Notes: a model not told the origin generated them from the letters alone. Shown: positions 25,540 to 39,914, counted from the whole stretch's first letter. The stretch is DNA of 63,944 bases, filler included, from Intoshia linei (GCA_001642005.1; 8 parts of 8 records of this genome joined end to end with filler, not necessarily neighbours in it), one strand, 5' to 3'. Translations and numbers: made by a program.

Positions 25540-27965
25540 TTAAGTCTTATTGACATTTTCAGGATCCTTTTCTTTTTTTTCTATTGGTTCAACTTTTGGT
25601 ATCTTTGGTTCGTCCTTCTTTGGAGTTTTGACTGTAAAATCATAATATTTAACATTTTTATTTTCCGTTTTTTTTAAGGGTCGTCGATATTTTATATTTC
25701 TAATCTTTTCAATCTAATGGTAATGTAAATATTTTATCAAATTCAATTCAATGTCAAATACAAAAGGGTGTCTTTTTCGTATGGGCATTATTTAAAAATT
25801 ATTAATATAATATTATTGTGTATTTTGAAATTAATGATTACGGATTATGTTTTTTCAAAAAAATTTAATTAGTCTGAATTTAAACTTTTAAAAAATGAAA
25901 CTTCTGTCAATGTATTTATTCATTTTAGTACAATTTGGAAAAAATAAGCTTGGAAATTCTTTTAAGAAAATCAAAATATGAAAATATAGAAATTTCAATT
26001 TTGATATGTGAATTTCATAATTTTTAAGAATATATTTATTGAATAAACAAAATTTAATATTTATAAATAAAATATCAGAAAAAAACTATTTTGAGTTAAT
26101 TTTGGAAACTTTTTAAAAAAATAAAATTTTCAATAAAAATAAATTTTACTAAGTGAATTGGATCATATTTAAGAATATATCCTTACTAAAGATTCCTTAC
26201 TTATATAAAGTAATTTAGCTAACAATATACATTTTTAATTTTAAAAATTTTTAGTAATTAATTTTAATTTATTAATAGGTAATGTTAGAAAATTTCTTAA
26301 GTATACCAAAACCAATACGATTTCCAACGTTTAAATTTAATTTTTAAATAATGAATGATCGATTAAGCAATGTATAGATGTACAATTTTCTAAATCATTT
26401 TTATAGTGGCCTACAATTTCCATCTGGCCCGAGCCTACTGCTGGCTCTCTACGGCCCTGGTTTGTATATAAACATTTTTTTAAGAAAATAAAACGCTTAG
26501 AGTTATAAAAACACCAATTTCTAATACAATTTTTCGAGAGTGGGGTTATATTGCAAATTTTTTTTTTAAAAACTTCTAATTTTATAATCAACTGAATTGA
26601 AATTTTGTTATTATTATTTTAAGTGTATAAAAAATGACGCAAAAAATTGGTGATTTAATATTTTTAAATTTATTTGAATAATTTTTAATTGGTTCCATTT
26701 CATCGGTATCTATAAGTGCTTTAAGCAGCTTAAAATATGTTTAAATCCAAAATGTTATAATTTATAAAAATATTATATTTTTACTTCACTTTCAGTCATT
26801 CTCAAAACCTGTTTGGATACAATATTGAAAAGTTTCAAATTTTTCTTTTTGTTGTAGGATTCATAGACATAAATTTCATTTAGATAGTGCTGCATATCTA
26901 TAAATTATATTACATTAATACAATAACAATTATTACATTTATTCAAATGACAACCTTAAAATTATATAAAGTTGATTGTGTGTGCCAGTTACTATTTATT
27001 TAAAAAACATCAAGTATACACTATATGTTTTATAAAATTATTTTTATAATTTATTATGATAACAAGGGTTCCCAAAGTGGGAGATATCGCTCCCAGGTGA
27101 TGATTACTTCAGTTAGGAAGGGCGATTTTAAAAAATTATTAAAAAAAAAAAAATTTCCATAGAATGTAAAACACTTTTAAAGTCACACATTGTTTCATTT
27201 CATTTTGATAAGTAAGTAGGAGTAAAATTGATGCGGTACCTGAAGAAACTTCTTATAACTTTTACATCATACATACCTCGTTGAACGTGGATTCAGTGTT
27301 TTAATGAATTTATAGACCAAAAATAGAATAGATTACAAATATTCGACCGTGGAGATTCAAGATTTATGTTGATTGACATAAAATCAGAAATAAAAAAGTA
27401 GTGCATCAACATCACATTTATTTTTCACATTAATTTTATTATTATAAAATAAATTGTATATCCTATTTATAGTCGAAAAAAGATTTTGTTGGGTTTTAGA
27501 TGAATAGAAACGGGCGTTGATGAATTTTTTGGTTGTAAAGGGGTATTTTTATAGCAAGTATGGGTCAACTGAGATAAACAGTGACACAGTAATAAATATA
27601 TTATTTTTTAATTGACACATAATTGCTAGTATATTTAATAATTATACATATTCAACATAATGAATTGTATATTATAATCTAATCTTATAATCTATTACAA
27701 CATTTATAAACACTGATGTAATCAATAATACTATTAATATAAAATAATAATTGTATTAAAATAGATACGAGATTTTTAAAGTCTATTTTCTGAAATAAAA
27801 ATTATTCATTATAACCAAAATAATATAAAATTTACCTTTTCTTAAAATTTCCAAATCAACATTTTTCATAGATGCATCATAAAATGGTAACGCACTCGTC
27901 TCATTGCTAGCCTAATATATCCATAAATTTAAAATTTAAAAAAAAATTATAACAGACAACACCAT
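25540..27965 (-). CDS. Hypothetical Lys/Glu-rich protein (candidate exons 27965-27954, 27911-27836, 26897-26785, 26728-~26640, 25713-25540)
   Basis: Phase-compatible GT-AG exons give MVLS|ASNETSALPFYDASMKNVDLEILRK|DMQHYLNEIYVYESY...MTESE|LLKALIDTDEMEPIK...|IEKIRNIKYRRP...KDPENVNKT*. One junction unresolved; no family recognised. Confidence 0.5.
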
Positions 27966-29152
27966 GTTATTTTATAATACAATTTATTTCATACATTTAA
28001 AATAGGGACAGATTAAGTGAACCACTTTTTTCAAATGTGCCCGCTTCTAGCAATTGGTTCATGTTGTTTTTAACCTTGTTTATTTTTGTAATCGTATACA
28101 TTTAATATAATTCTGTATATACTTTACAATTGAATTGTTGAAAATGTATTTTCATGATAAAAATTTAATTAAAATTAAAATTTGCATTTAAATATTAATT
28201 AGAAGCGTTTACATAGACACTCCAGAGTCTGGAGTCCAGACTGACAAATATTATGCGAAAATAAAAATTTTGAAATTTTTTTTTTAAAATTTTGTTCAGA
28301 TTTTTTAACACATGACCGCTTTTTTTGGTCGAAACTTTACATTTTACCTGAATATAACTATTTTATANTGCGAAAATAAAAATTTTGTTCAGATTTTTCA
28401 ACACATGACCGCTTTTTTTGGTCGAAACTTTACATTTTACCTGAATATAACTATTTTATATAGAAAAATTGAAATTAATTAAAATTTTTAAATTTTGCAA
28501 AAAGTAATTTACTTTGCACAACTAGCCCATGGTCGGCTTAATCTGTCGCTACTGTACATTGTACAATGTTTATATTTTAGAACATGAACGTGTAGGTGAT
28601 TTTGCATTTTGATATATTCAAAGTTTTATATAGGTCACACGTAATATTTTCAAGAGTTTTATCACTTACATCTGCAAAGATGCAGGTGTTCATGAATAAA
28701 AAGATATATTTGAAATTTTAACTAACAAAAACTACAACAGATATAAGATTGATGTCATAAATTTGGAGAGTCAAAGATTAACAAAAATAAAATGTTATTA
28801 GTTTTTTATTAAAACGAAATTTATGTGACATAAAGTTAAATAATTTGAGTTTGTTTAATAAATTAAATATTCGTTTCGCTCGTAAATATCACGTCAACAC
28901 GATCCGATACAGAACTCAACTGTATATCTAACAAACTGATTCCGAATCAGAGCCGTTTTAAGGCATGGGCAATATGGGCTGTAGCTCAGGGCCACTCATA
29001 AAAAAGGCCCCCAAATTAATAAAAGTACTTTACATTTATATCTTAAAAAGAGNNNNNNNNNNNNNNNNNNNNNNNNNNNNNNNNNNNNNNNNNNNNTTAA
29101 TTAATTAANNNNNNNNNNNNNNNNNNNNNNNNNNNNNNNNNNNNNNNNNNNN

Positions 29153-29229
29153 TTTTGAATTTACCTTATCCCAATATATGGTCCGGTTTATTTTTCTTTA
29201 TGATGTGGTTGCTCGGCTTGGACAGTCAG
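29153..29229 (+). CDS. SLC6 (Na+/Cl- neurotransmitter symporter) TM8 exon fragment
   Basis: LPYPNIWSGLFFFMMWLLGLDSQ followed by a GT donor at the intron position typical of SLC6 genes; starts at the linker. Confidence 0.85.
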
Positions 29230-29772
29230 GTTTGTTTTTTTGCATCAATTTACATTTATTTTTGGCCAAAAATAGGAAATTTTAAACGTTTCAATAATTT
29301 ATTGATCCCATCCTTCTCTATTAAAATTGTTATATAATTTAAATTATATTTAATCTAATAAATATTGCGTTTATTTATTGTGGTATATTAGATTTAGGGT
29401 TATTTTATAGGGTAGATTTATGTTTTTTGGTAGATGTGAAATTATAATCATAATCCTAGTAACATTGAAGAGTTGAATTAGCAAGTTTAATTGTAATCTG
29501 GATATGTTACTATTTTAGTGGGCCTATATCAGTATTCTGTCTGCAACTTGCTAATCCATATATAATACAGCCATTCTCAACGGGTCCATGTGGACACATT
29601 GGAGTCCACAGGAGTTTTTTGGGGTCCAAGAAAAATTATTTCAATAAGTGAAAAATTATATTTCGGCAATGATGGTAATTATTTCTAATTAACTCCATCT
29701 AATTTAATATATTTTTTACATTACGACTAACTTTGAGTGAATATATTAAATACTCCATATAAACCTAAAAAC

Positions 29773-30316
29773 CATTGTTATCCCATTTTTTTAATTTATT
29801 AGATAGAATGTGTATAATATTAAAAATAAAGTAAAAACAGTCCAATCCTAAAAATTGTCATAAATAGCAGAAAAAATAAAATTATAACCTATTTTGTCAT
29901 TTTCCATGTAATGATATATATTCAGTACCAATTTAATAAATACTTAAAAATACCAATTATGTATCAATAATTAATAGAATCTTCACTTTATAAATATTTT
30001 AGTCGAATTTTACCTTAAAAAAAAAAACGAAAAAAAGGGTAATTTGTGGTTTTAGCCCTGAAGATATATTTTTTTTAAATTTAAATTTATGATTTTAAAA
30101 TCCGTATCAGCGTACATATTTTTTAAAATTCTCCAATTTGTTTGATTTTCAAAACAAAAGATAATTGGGGGTTTTTGACCTGTAAGATGTGAGTTTGAGA
30201 GGTTAAAATTTATTTTGCTAAGACCCGGAAAAAACTGAATTTGAAATGTGAACTATTGAAATAAACGGTAACAGACACACAAACAAATATTGAATAGCAT
30301 ATTATATAAGTAAGGA
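29773..30316 (-). mobile_element. Helitron-like family A copy (partial) inside a hAT-like MITE spanning about 29568-30620
   Basis: Near-identity to 10135-10390 plus the family 5' end (taagtaaggat). Confidence 0.65.
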
Positions 30317-30983
30317 TAAAGTCTGGGATAGCTTTTAAAATCATGAGCATTATAATAAATGGTAAACTCAAAAAAGTATATTTTCATGACTAATTGGGTG
30401 AAATTTAGTTTTTTACCCTAAAAAACTCAATTTCGGATAATGAAATTGCGATACTGCATCACTCTTAAAAAACTGTATTCCCAATTGTTTTTTTTAAACA
30501 CTAACACACATAAACTTTTATTTAAGTAAAGGATGTAATTTATATAATTTTTTTAGGATCCACAGGTTGTTTCAATACCATCGTAGAGGTACACAGTGAA
30601 AAATGGTTAAGCATGTCTGCTCTATATCACCTATTCTAAACAGTTCGCCTTGAGACGAATTATGTACTGTAGTGATATATCGCTATCATACTAATCGAGA
30701 TTCGAATATATACTTTTGATATAACTCACTTGTGATGTCTAACTAGCAGAGTGGGTAATAGGGTGTTAACTTTTTTTAAATTAAAAATACAGAGTACTAC
30801 AGGGTGAAAAATATACAGTTCAGAGTCGTGGTATAGTTTATTAAGCTTAAATTTTAAAAAAGTCCGGCCACGCCAAGCAAATTAGTTATTATAAATATAA
30901 TTTTTAAAACCTTAACATTCATTTTATTTTAATTGTTGTTACCATAGTTTTTATTTTTAATTTGATATCAAGTTGGTATAATG

Positions 30984-31186
30984 CAAGGGTTCCGCTTTTT
31001 TTCACGGCGGACCGGTAATAAATTGTAATATTTAGCGCGGACCATTAAAGCGAAACTGCTACCTTTAAAAAAAAATTGATAAAAAACGTAATAAATTGAC
31101 TTCTAATTAGTAAAAATTATTTTGCGAACAGGTAATAATTTTCACGGAACTGTACTACTCCGCGGAGTAGCATTTGGGAAACGCTG
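30984..31186. mobile_element. hAT MITE with 8-bp TSD (second copy about 31615-31797 in the duplicated block)
   Basis: caagggttcc...gggaaacgctg flanked by gtataatg on both sides. Confidence 0.75.
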
Positions 31187-31271
31187 GTATAATGTGCTAC
31201 ATGTCGATAATAGCTCTTATAATCAGAAAGATCGTTCTGAGAATTTAGTAATAAGGGCTAAGCCAAATATC

Positions 31272-31480
31272 TATATTTCAATTACTCGATTACTATTCTG
31301 GAAGTCGAATCATTGTGCTCATAGCCTTATTTGAAGTTTTAGCCATCTCCGTTTATGGAATCGACAGATACTTTAATAATATACGTGAAATGATTGGAAT
31401 GAGCAAAGGATGCATGTCCCAAACCATTATTTTCTATATGAACTTTTCATGTCTTCCTGACTCCTAGTTTATTAAGCTTA
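31272..31480 (+). pseudogene. Disabled SLC6 TM10-TM11 exon
   Basis: [42 protein letters not shown]...FYMNFS, then a frameshift to VFLTPSLL. Lacks an acceptor and the conserved W of WVYG; flanked by the 30835-31273 / 31465-31884 duplication. Confidence 0.7.
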
Positions 31481-33099
31481 AATTTTAAATAAGTCCGGCC
31501 ACGCCAAGCAAATTAGTTATTATAAATATAATTTTTAAAACCTTAACATTCATATTATTTTAATTGTTGTTATCATAGTTTTTATTTTTAATTTGATATC
31601 AAGTTGATATAATGCAAGGGTTCCGCCTTTTTTCACGGCGGACCATTAAAGCGAAACTGCTACCTTTAAAAAAAATTGATAAAAAACGTAATAAATTGAC
31701 TTCTAATTAATAAAAATTTTTTCACAATTATTTCGCGAACAGGTAATAATTTTCACGGAACTGTACTACTCCGCGGAGTAGCATTTGGGAAACGCTGGTA
31801 TAATGTGCTACATGTCGATAATAGCTCTTATAATCAGAAAGATCGTTCTGGGAATTTAGTAATAAGGGCTAAGCCAAATATCTTTTTTTCACGCATTACT
31901 TCTCTAGAAACCAGTACGCGGATACGCATTGTAAATAACATTATTGGAAGATATTTGAAAAATATTGAAATTTCGAGATCTACAGCATAGTAAATCTGAT
32001 TTACTAAATCATAGCTCAAAAACTATAATTTGTATAATAAAAAATTCAATATAAATATTACTTTGAGTAGCATTGTAAGGAAATTATCAAAACTATCGTA
32101 TAATACGACATTTAAGTGACGTCCAAATTTAAAAAAAGTGGTGTATTTCGATCAAATCGAAAGAACAAATTTAACATCTAAGATTATTTTACCAACAATA
32201 GAGAAGATGTAAATTCGTATAAACTTGCATTAAAAAATGTATTTATACAAGACTACCTTTTTTTGGGATTAGAAATGTTCCTCTTTCTGTCTTACCGAAA
32301 AGTTTCAAATATTGCACGTTTTTTACAACAATATTTATATTTGTCGGTACCACCTCTTCAAGTGGCTCTATCAATGAGGTTTCTGAGCGTAAAATAAACA
32401 GAATACAATACCGATAAAACAGATCCTCATTCAAGTATATTGACGATAAACTAGTCAATGATACAATTAATAAACTGAAAAATATATAAATATATAGGAA
32501 TAATAAACAATCGTTCATAATAAAATGTGTGATTTATCAAAGTGAAAGGTGGCCAGACTTTTTATCATTATATTAAAAAATAAAATTATAGATGTTATTT
32601 ATAGGATATTAATCATACTACACGGCCATATATTTCATCAATTTCTAAAATTCGACTAAAAAGTTAACGCTCTAGTGCAGTAGTTCTTAACCGGGGGTGC
32701 ATAATCAATTTTTGGGGTGCAAAGAGCTATTTTCAATTATTTTTAATTACATTAACAAAAAAATTAATTCAAAATTAATTATTAATTAATTAATTTTTTT
32801 CTAAATGAGTGAAATTACATAATTGATATTATTATTATCAACAAAAAGATTAGATATAAGAGATAATTTCATCTTGTTAATACTTATTAAGTTAAGTTAA
32901 TAATTAACGCTCATTGAATTTATTTACAATCATTTAATAATTAAATTAATTTTGTATTTTTAACTTTTTTAAGGTATACAAATTATGTACTTTAATATAT
33001 AAGTTATCATAGAGTTTTTAACCTTTACTAACAATGTCTAAAAGAAGACAATGAAATAACAATTACGTAGATTATAAATGTGTCAGATTAAATTTTTAT

Positions 33100-33710
33100 G
33101 ATCAAATTAATATCAATACTAAATTCACAATAAATTTATTTTGTTGCTGTTTTTCGTATTGCTGTCTATCCAACAGGATTATAATATTAAATTACCAACT
33201 GAATTTTCTAATTACTTTTATGGACAATTTATTTCAAGATGATGTAGATGATGATTTTGACGAATTTAATGGTATAGAATCAGACGAGAAATATATTAGT
33301 GAACATGACTGAAACTGACGAATCTATCTCATATACAAATTGTACGTTCACTGGAAAAGATATGCCATAATCATGTAATACTTAGATCTTAATCTCTGAA
33401 TAATTTAATCGGTATTTTATAATAATTATTGAAAATTAATTTAATTTTTAGAATTGTTACCTGTTCAAAAAAGCGAAGATGTTATTTATGTAATTACAAT
33501 GCTAAAAGAACATTTCAAGTATGCATTTCATGTAATCAGCATATTTGCAAAGATTTGTAAAAAATGTTCTGAAAACCACGCCTATTAAAATAATTAAATC
33601 GTATAACAAAATGTTTTATTGCTTCGTGTAACATTTTTCATTCATAAAAATCGACCATTTTTTGGCGTCTGTGAGCGTTTACGTTATAAAAAAGCGCGAG
33701 CACTAACGGG
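33100..33710 (+). mobile_element. piggyBac-like remnant
   Basis: Acidic N-terminal patch; Cys-rich tail KKRRCYLCNYNAKRTFQVCISCNQHICK; terminus ...ctaacggg|TTAA. Confidence 0.6.
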
Positions 33711-34083
33711 TTAACATTAAGTAATTAATTACTTAGTTAATTATAAAATTTTAGTACGTTTTTATCGGTACTACCTACAATTTACTTTTAGTTACTTTAC
33801 TATAAAATATATCGCAAACTTGAAACTAGATAAGTCTTATCAAATAAAGTTCACATTAAAAATTTACATTTGCCAACATTCGCGTAAATTATATACAAAA
33901 GAAATTTGTAATAATGATACAAAATCAAGCAATTCGAATAAAAAAAGCCACAAGTAATTCTTACATTGATTTCCGTTCGTAAGNNNNNNNNNNNNNNNNN
34001 NNNNNNNNNNNNNNNNNNNNNNNNNNNTTAATTAATTAANNNNNNNNNNNNNNNNNNNNNNNNNNNNNNNNNNNNNNNNNNNN

Positions 34084-34458
34084 ACCTATGAATGTGAAAA
34101 GGCATTTTCAACACTCGTACAAATAAAAACAAAATCTCAAAACAGACTATATGTCAGTGATGATTTGAGATGTGCTTTATCCAAAACACAACCAAGAATA
34201 GTTGAATTGTCAAAAATCAAACTGAAACATCCTTCACATTAGTTTAATAAAATTTAATTTGAATTAATAATGTTTGTGGGAGCTACGGCTCAGAATATAT
34301 CAATAAATTTCATTTTTTTTGAAATAATAATGTTAATAAAACATTTTTTAAAATTAAATAATTTTTTTCGGCATGTTTTATTTGGGGGTCAGCGAGCAAA
34401 ATTAAAATTGAAAATAAACCAAAAAGTCAAAAAATTTAAAAAGTTTGAGAACTCCTGA
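34084..34458 (+). mobile_element. hAT (SCAND3/ZBED8-type) transposon 3' end
   Basis: TYECEKAFSTLVQIKTKSQNRL...DDLRCALSKTQPRI...HPSH*, then TIR-like tttgagaactcctg. Confidence 0.8.
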
Positions 34459-34515
34459 TCTAAAGGGCCACTATCAACAAGTCTGACTGTAATACGTTAA
34501 TAATAATTATTTTAG

Positions 34516-37500
34516 ACTTGGATAGACATAAATATACAGTGGAACGAAAAAATCTTTGATAACATCACAATTATAAGATTGCCAGTAGAATCTGTTTGGA
34601 TACCTGATATTGTTCTCTATAATTAGTACAATTTCACATATATTATTTCAATGCCAATTAAATCGAAAAAATACGGGAACCATTATGATAGCCGTATCAT
34701 ACGGGCTTGTTAACTATTAGTTTCACCTCCACAATTATAAAAATAAGACAAGTATTAGTAAATCGCAACCATAAGTGAGTCACACATTTTATTGGGTCAG
34801 TAAGTTGAGTATGGTAGAAAACTGGCTAATGAAAGTGGCTTGACCTGCTACTTAGTAAATAAAATAAAATACAAAATGCTCGTTTTAAGACTTATGGTCT
34901 ATTGTTAGCTTACTCTTTATATCAATGTTATTTCACCTCCAGTTAAAATATAATTGAAGTGGTTGTTCTAAAAAGTAACCACTTTTTAAGTTATAAAATG
35001 TTGAAAATACATGTATGTATGAATGTTCAATTAGATCGACTAAAATATTTGGGAATTTTTTTATTTAGACCAGGGTGTACATTGTACAACTATAGTTCTT
35101 TACAATTCTTATTTTTGTTCTATATTCTCTCGGTATCTTCTATTTTACCAATGTTGACAAAAATTGAGATGATATTATTGAATTGTCTGTCAATTTTGAT
35201 GTCATTTTTACTAACAAAATTATGTAAACTATTTTTCAGATATTTTTTTCAAGTGTTACATTAAGAGGTTAAAATATTAGATAAATTTATACAATTTTTG
35301 AAATGTTTTAGAAGAGTTTTAGATTATTTTGTAGGTTGATACTATTAAATGCGTAATTTATAGTACTATCCAATACATAACAGTTTCATGAGTTTATAAG
35401 TATAAAATGACCAATATATTAATGCCAAATTTTTATCATATCCGTTTTAGTGCAGATGAACGATTAAATGAAATGCGTAAGACATCAGTATTAGTAGACA
35501 GCGGAGGAAACGTCTTATGGATCCCACAAGGAATGTTCAAAAGTACATGTGCTATAGATATTAAATATTTTCCATTTGATACCCAAATTTGTGTGTTAAA
35601 ATTTGGAAGTTGGAGCCATGACGGTAGAACTTTAGATCTTAACTTTTATCAGGATTTAAATTCTTTGGATCTCAATGATTTCACTAGAAGCAACGAATGG
35701 GATATTATTGGTCATTCTGCAATAAAAAATACCAAGTTATATCCATGCTGTGTGAATCCTTACATTGATATTACCTTTACAATAAAAATCAAACGCAAAT
35801 TCACCCACTTTGTATATATTTTGTTATTACCTTGCATCTTATTATCTACTCTCACAATGCTCATGTTTTGGATTCCACCAGAAAGTCAACACAAGATGAT
35901 TTTGGGTACTATTATATTAATTGATTATTTTAAATCAGGGATGGACAAACCTACGACTCGCATATTTTTTTTTATAATTTTTCTATATTTATACATTTTA
36001 TTTTTATTTTTTTTGTCTAGTCATTTTCCTAATGAATAAATACTAACAGTCAAATTCTAAAAAATCTAATTTAATTAATTATCAAGGGTTAATTGTGATT
36101 TGATGCAAAATTTCTTTGATAAGATAAGAAAGTTTTATTATAATGAATGAATTATGAGTAAAGAGTCAACATAAAAAAATAATTAATAATCCCATGGTAA
36201 GATGAACGTTAATAGTTAAATTTTTAATGTATCAGGTCCGTAGCTATCGTATACATTTTAACAAATTTTTAGGAGGAAGGAAATATATTATTGATAACAT
36301 GTCCAATTCCACATATCTACTTTATTTAACATTTCTAATGACCTTCAAATATTCCTATTTTAGCAACTTTTTCAAAATTTAGGCGCATTTTAAAAAACAC
36401 CTGGACGTAATGCAGAAAGACTGATTTCACCATTTTTTTCAGAATAAAAATCTTTTCTAGTTGCATTAAATTTTACTCTTACATTAAAAAATAATTAAAT
36501 TGGTTTTTTTAACTTGAAATAAATCTCAAAATTATAATAACAAAGTTATATTTGAGTTGATTGTAAAATTTCTTATTTTTGTTTTTGAGAATGAGAATTT
36601 GCGTAGCAATGATAAAAAACCATAGGAATCAATATATGAGACTGAAACTCAGATTTGTGTATTTAAAATATGTATACTCTCAATTCCTACTTTTTTGAAA
36701 TTGTAGGATGAATATTTAAATTTTCCATTTTTAGTTTTACTTAGTTTTCAAATTTTTGAAAACTATAAGTTGATAACATATTAAAAGTTATTTTTCATCG
36801 GAAACCCGTTGACTTTTGTGATTAAAAATTTTTTATTGATCAACTGGAATAAACTGCATCAGATTATTTTTTTTTTTTATTTTTAAGATGATTTTACAAT
36901 GTAGAATATTATTAAAGATGATTATAAAATAATCCCACGTATTAGTTATATAATATTTTTTGTTAATACAATAGTTACCAAATAAAAAAAGTGAATACTT
37001 TAATTTCTTTTTGACCTTGAAGAACTCATTATGTGAGATTAAATATTTTTGTTTATGTAACTGTAAATAACCATATTAGCTGCTATTTTTTTAAAGCAAA
37101 AGACTATTATTTATTACTAGATTGACTGTTATGTACTACGTACAAACCGCACATAGCTCTGCCGTTGAATTTAGCAATATTGTAAAGGATTGTAATAAAT
37201 ATAAAAATGATAATAACAAAATTCTATTATGTTTAGTAATTCGTTGTTGTAGTTTTAATATAAATTTAATCAAAATTTTTTGAAAATGAGATTTAAAAAT
37301 TGCGTAGCAATGAAAAAAATACCGAAAAAATGAATTATATAGATTTACACCCATATTTTTTTATTGGAAATGTCTAGACGTTCAATGCACATTTTTTTTG
37401 AAATTGTAGGATCAATATTTACGTTTTCAATTTTTATTTTAATCGAAATATTTGAAAAATATTGGTTGATAATATATTAAAAATTATTTTTCTTTGGGAA

Positions 37501-39806
37501 TGCGTAGATTTCTGAGGTTGAAATTTTGTATTTACATTAACTGGAATAAGCTCTATCAGTATAATTTTGTTTTTTAATTTTTGGACCATTAATTATTTCA
37601 CATTATTTGTTTTACACATTTTTTTAATAAAATATTTCAGAAAAAAAATATGAATACTAAAATGCTTTTTTGACCGTGAAGTCGTCACTTATTTAGATTT
37701 AAATTTTTTGTGTGTGTTATTAGGATTTAACTGTATCACCTGTAATTTTTTTTGAAATTCTCGTTCTCGTTTGATTTTCAAAAAAAAGGACAATTGGGGT
37801 TTTTGACCCGTAAGATGTGGGTTTGGGAGGTTGAAATTTATTTTGCTAACACTCTAGAAAAAAAAGTAATTGAAATGCGGACTTTATCAAATTCTAAGAC
37901 TGATAGTTATTGAAATAAACGGTACCACACAATAACAAGTATTGCAGGGCATATTATATAAGTAAGGATTATTAAGAAAAATAGTAATTTGTGGGTTTGA
38001 CACTGAAAGAGTCAATTTCTTAGAATGAATATGCGATACAACATCAAACTCAAAAAAATGTACTAGAAATTGTGTTTTTTAAATTCTTGGACTTTAATTT
38101 TTTCATTAAACGGTGACACGTATAAAAATTAATTTTCTACGAGTAAAGACACTGTCCTTTAGTTTTATTTTTACTTTTTTTTTTTTTGAACAGTGTATAT
38201 TATATACTGCATATCGTGAGTCATGATTTAAATCTAAAAAAATATAAAAAACCACAGCTACACATCAGTGTAAATGGATTTTTAAACCAACAGTTAACAT
38301 GTATATAATGTAGGAATGAATCTATTTGTAGCATATTTTGTATTATTAATGTTGTTGGCCGATCATACGCCAATTTCTTCAAATTCTGTTCCAATAATAG
38401 GTATTTGAAAATATAATACAAGTTAAATTTTTCATTTAGGAATATACTTTTGTCTAAATATGGTATTAATTACTCTATCTAATTTCTTATCGATAATGGT
38501 CATAAATCTGTATTTGATGAACAATGTTTATTTTACCTACATGCCAAAATTTGTCGAAACGGTAAAAAATATATCTTATATCAGTGTTTCTAAACCGGTG
38601 CACCAGCAAATTTTGTGTGTGTCCACTGGACACTGTCCAACCCAAAATATGAGTAAAAATATATGAGTATGTATGTGAAAAAATTTTTAGTGCCTCTTTT
38701 TCATTTTCAGTGGTCTCGAGTAGGATAGGTTCAGCTCTGTATTTTCACTAAAAAGTAAATACTATGAATCCAACAAATATAAATTGTTAAATATTTTGTT
38801 ATTTGTTTGTTCGCGAAATTTTTTTAATTACTTCCCATTGCGCCCAATGGAAAAAAGGTTGAGAAACACTGTCTTATATAGCAAAATCAAAACAGTAAAA
38901 AAATGGTAACGCGATAATTTATGAATAAAAATATTTTTTACTGTTTTGACAAAATTGATTAACTAAAATTATAATTACTCAATTCACAATAATTATTTAA
39001 TTTAGATATTCATAAAAATATTGGGACAGTATTTGTGTCCGTCACTGTTAAAAACATTGCATCAATACGTGGCTGAATCATTTAACGCCAGAATAAAATC
39101 AGAGGAAGCGTCTGCAATAATATTTAATAAAATTCGAAAAAAAAAAGTAATGGAAACCCCACCATTAAAAAGAAAACCATTCAACAAACTAAAGAAAGTG
39201 GAAAAACGATGTGATACGTCATTTAATTCACCACTATTAGAATCTATAAATGACGCCTGGAATTTTTCCACCAGTTTAAATACATTGAAACCAAAAAGAT
39301 ACCAAACCACCAATAATAAAGCAGGGAAATCAGAATATTCATCCATATCTTTACAAAATTTAGCAACTCAAAAAGTAGAAAATCAACACTATCCCAAAAA
39401 AATAAGCCAGTTAAACTCACATTTGAAACTCAACATGGACATTAATCCTCACCATAAAAATCTGACTAAACGAAAAGCATCCAACATGTTTTCCAGTAAA
39501 AGCAGTTATGACATTCAAAATAATTACAATCCAAAACTGATATCAGATATTGAAAGTCCAAACATTAACTGTATTGGAAAATCAAGAAAACTACGTGAAC
39601 AACTCCTAATCAAACAAATTAAAGAGATTAAAAACGCTATTATAAATGTCGTCGACAATGAAACTAGACAATCGTTAAACCAAAAAAATATCCAAGTCTG
39701 GAGAATTGTTGCTATTGTTCTAGATCGAATTTTCTTCATTTCTTATTTTATGATTATTTCTGTAACCACAATTATAGCGTGCATTTTAAATGAACTCAAT
39801 GATTGA
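34516..39806 (+). CDS. Nicotinic acetylcholine receptor alpha subunit, lophotrochozoan anion-type clade (exons 34516-34625, 35451-35905, 38314-38400, 38440-38561, 39006-39806); N-terminal exons missing
   Basis: WIPDIVLYN, Cys loop CAIDIKYFPFDTQIC, FGSWSHDG, loop C YPCC, M1, M2 KMILGMNLFVAYFVLLMLL, M3 GIYFCLNMVLITLS, M4 WRIVAIVLDRIFF. Confidence 0.95.
37117..37968 (-). mobile_element. Helitron-like family A copy in a nAChR intron
   Basis: A|TC start, hairpin plus CTAG|T end, no TSD. Confidence 0.75.
38582..38871. mobile_element. hAT MITE
   Basis: TIR cagtgtttct.aacc / ggttgagaaacactg; 8-bp TSD tcttatat. Confidence 0.85.
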
Positions 39807-39914
39807 ATTTGGATTTGAATTAAATTGTTTTTGTTTAAATTTCAGGAATTGACACAATTACCAAACAATTGGTTCAATGAAAAATTAAAGATATACAGAT
39901 TTTAAAGTTATATC

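Noticed and set aside
28255-28460. Tandem duplications around single 'n' or short N runs (28368, 59550, 63064, 63649-63667, including the second enolase exon copy)
   Set aside because: Pattern of unmerged contig overlaps, not real duplications.
31834-32518. Minus-strand ORFs 32243-32518 and 31834-32019 as a secreted-protein gene
   Set aside because: Could not build a consistent spliced model or recognise a family; left uncalled.
39062-39739. Minus-strand ORFs 39062-39346 and 39524-39739
   Set aside because: Antisense shadows of the last nAChR exon.
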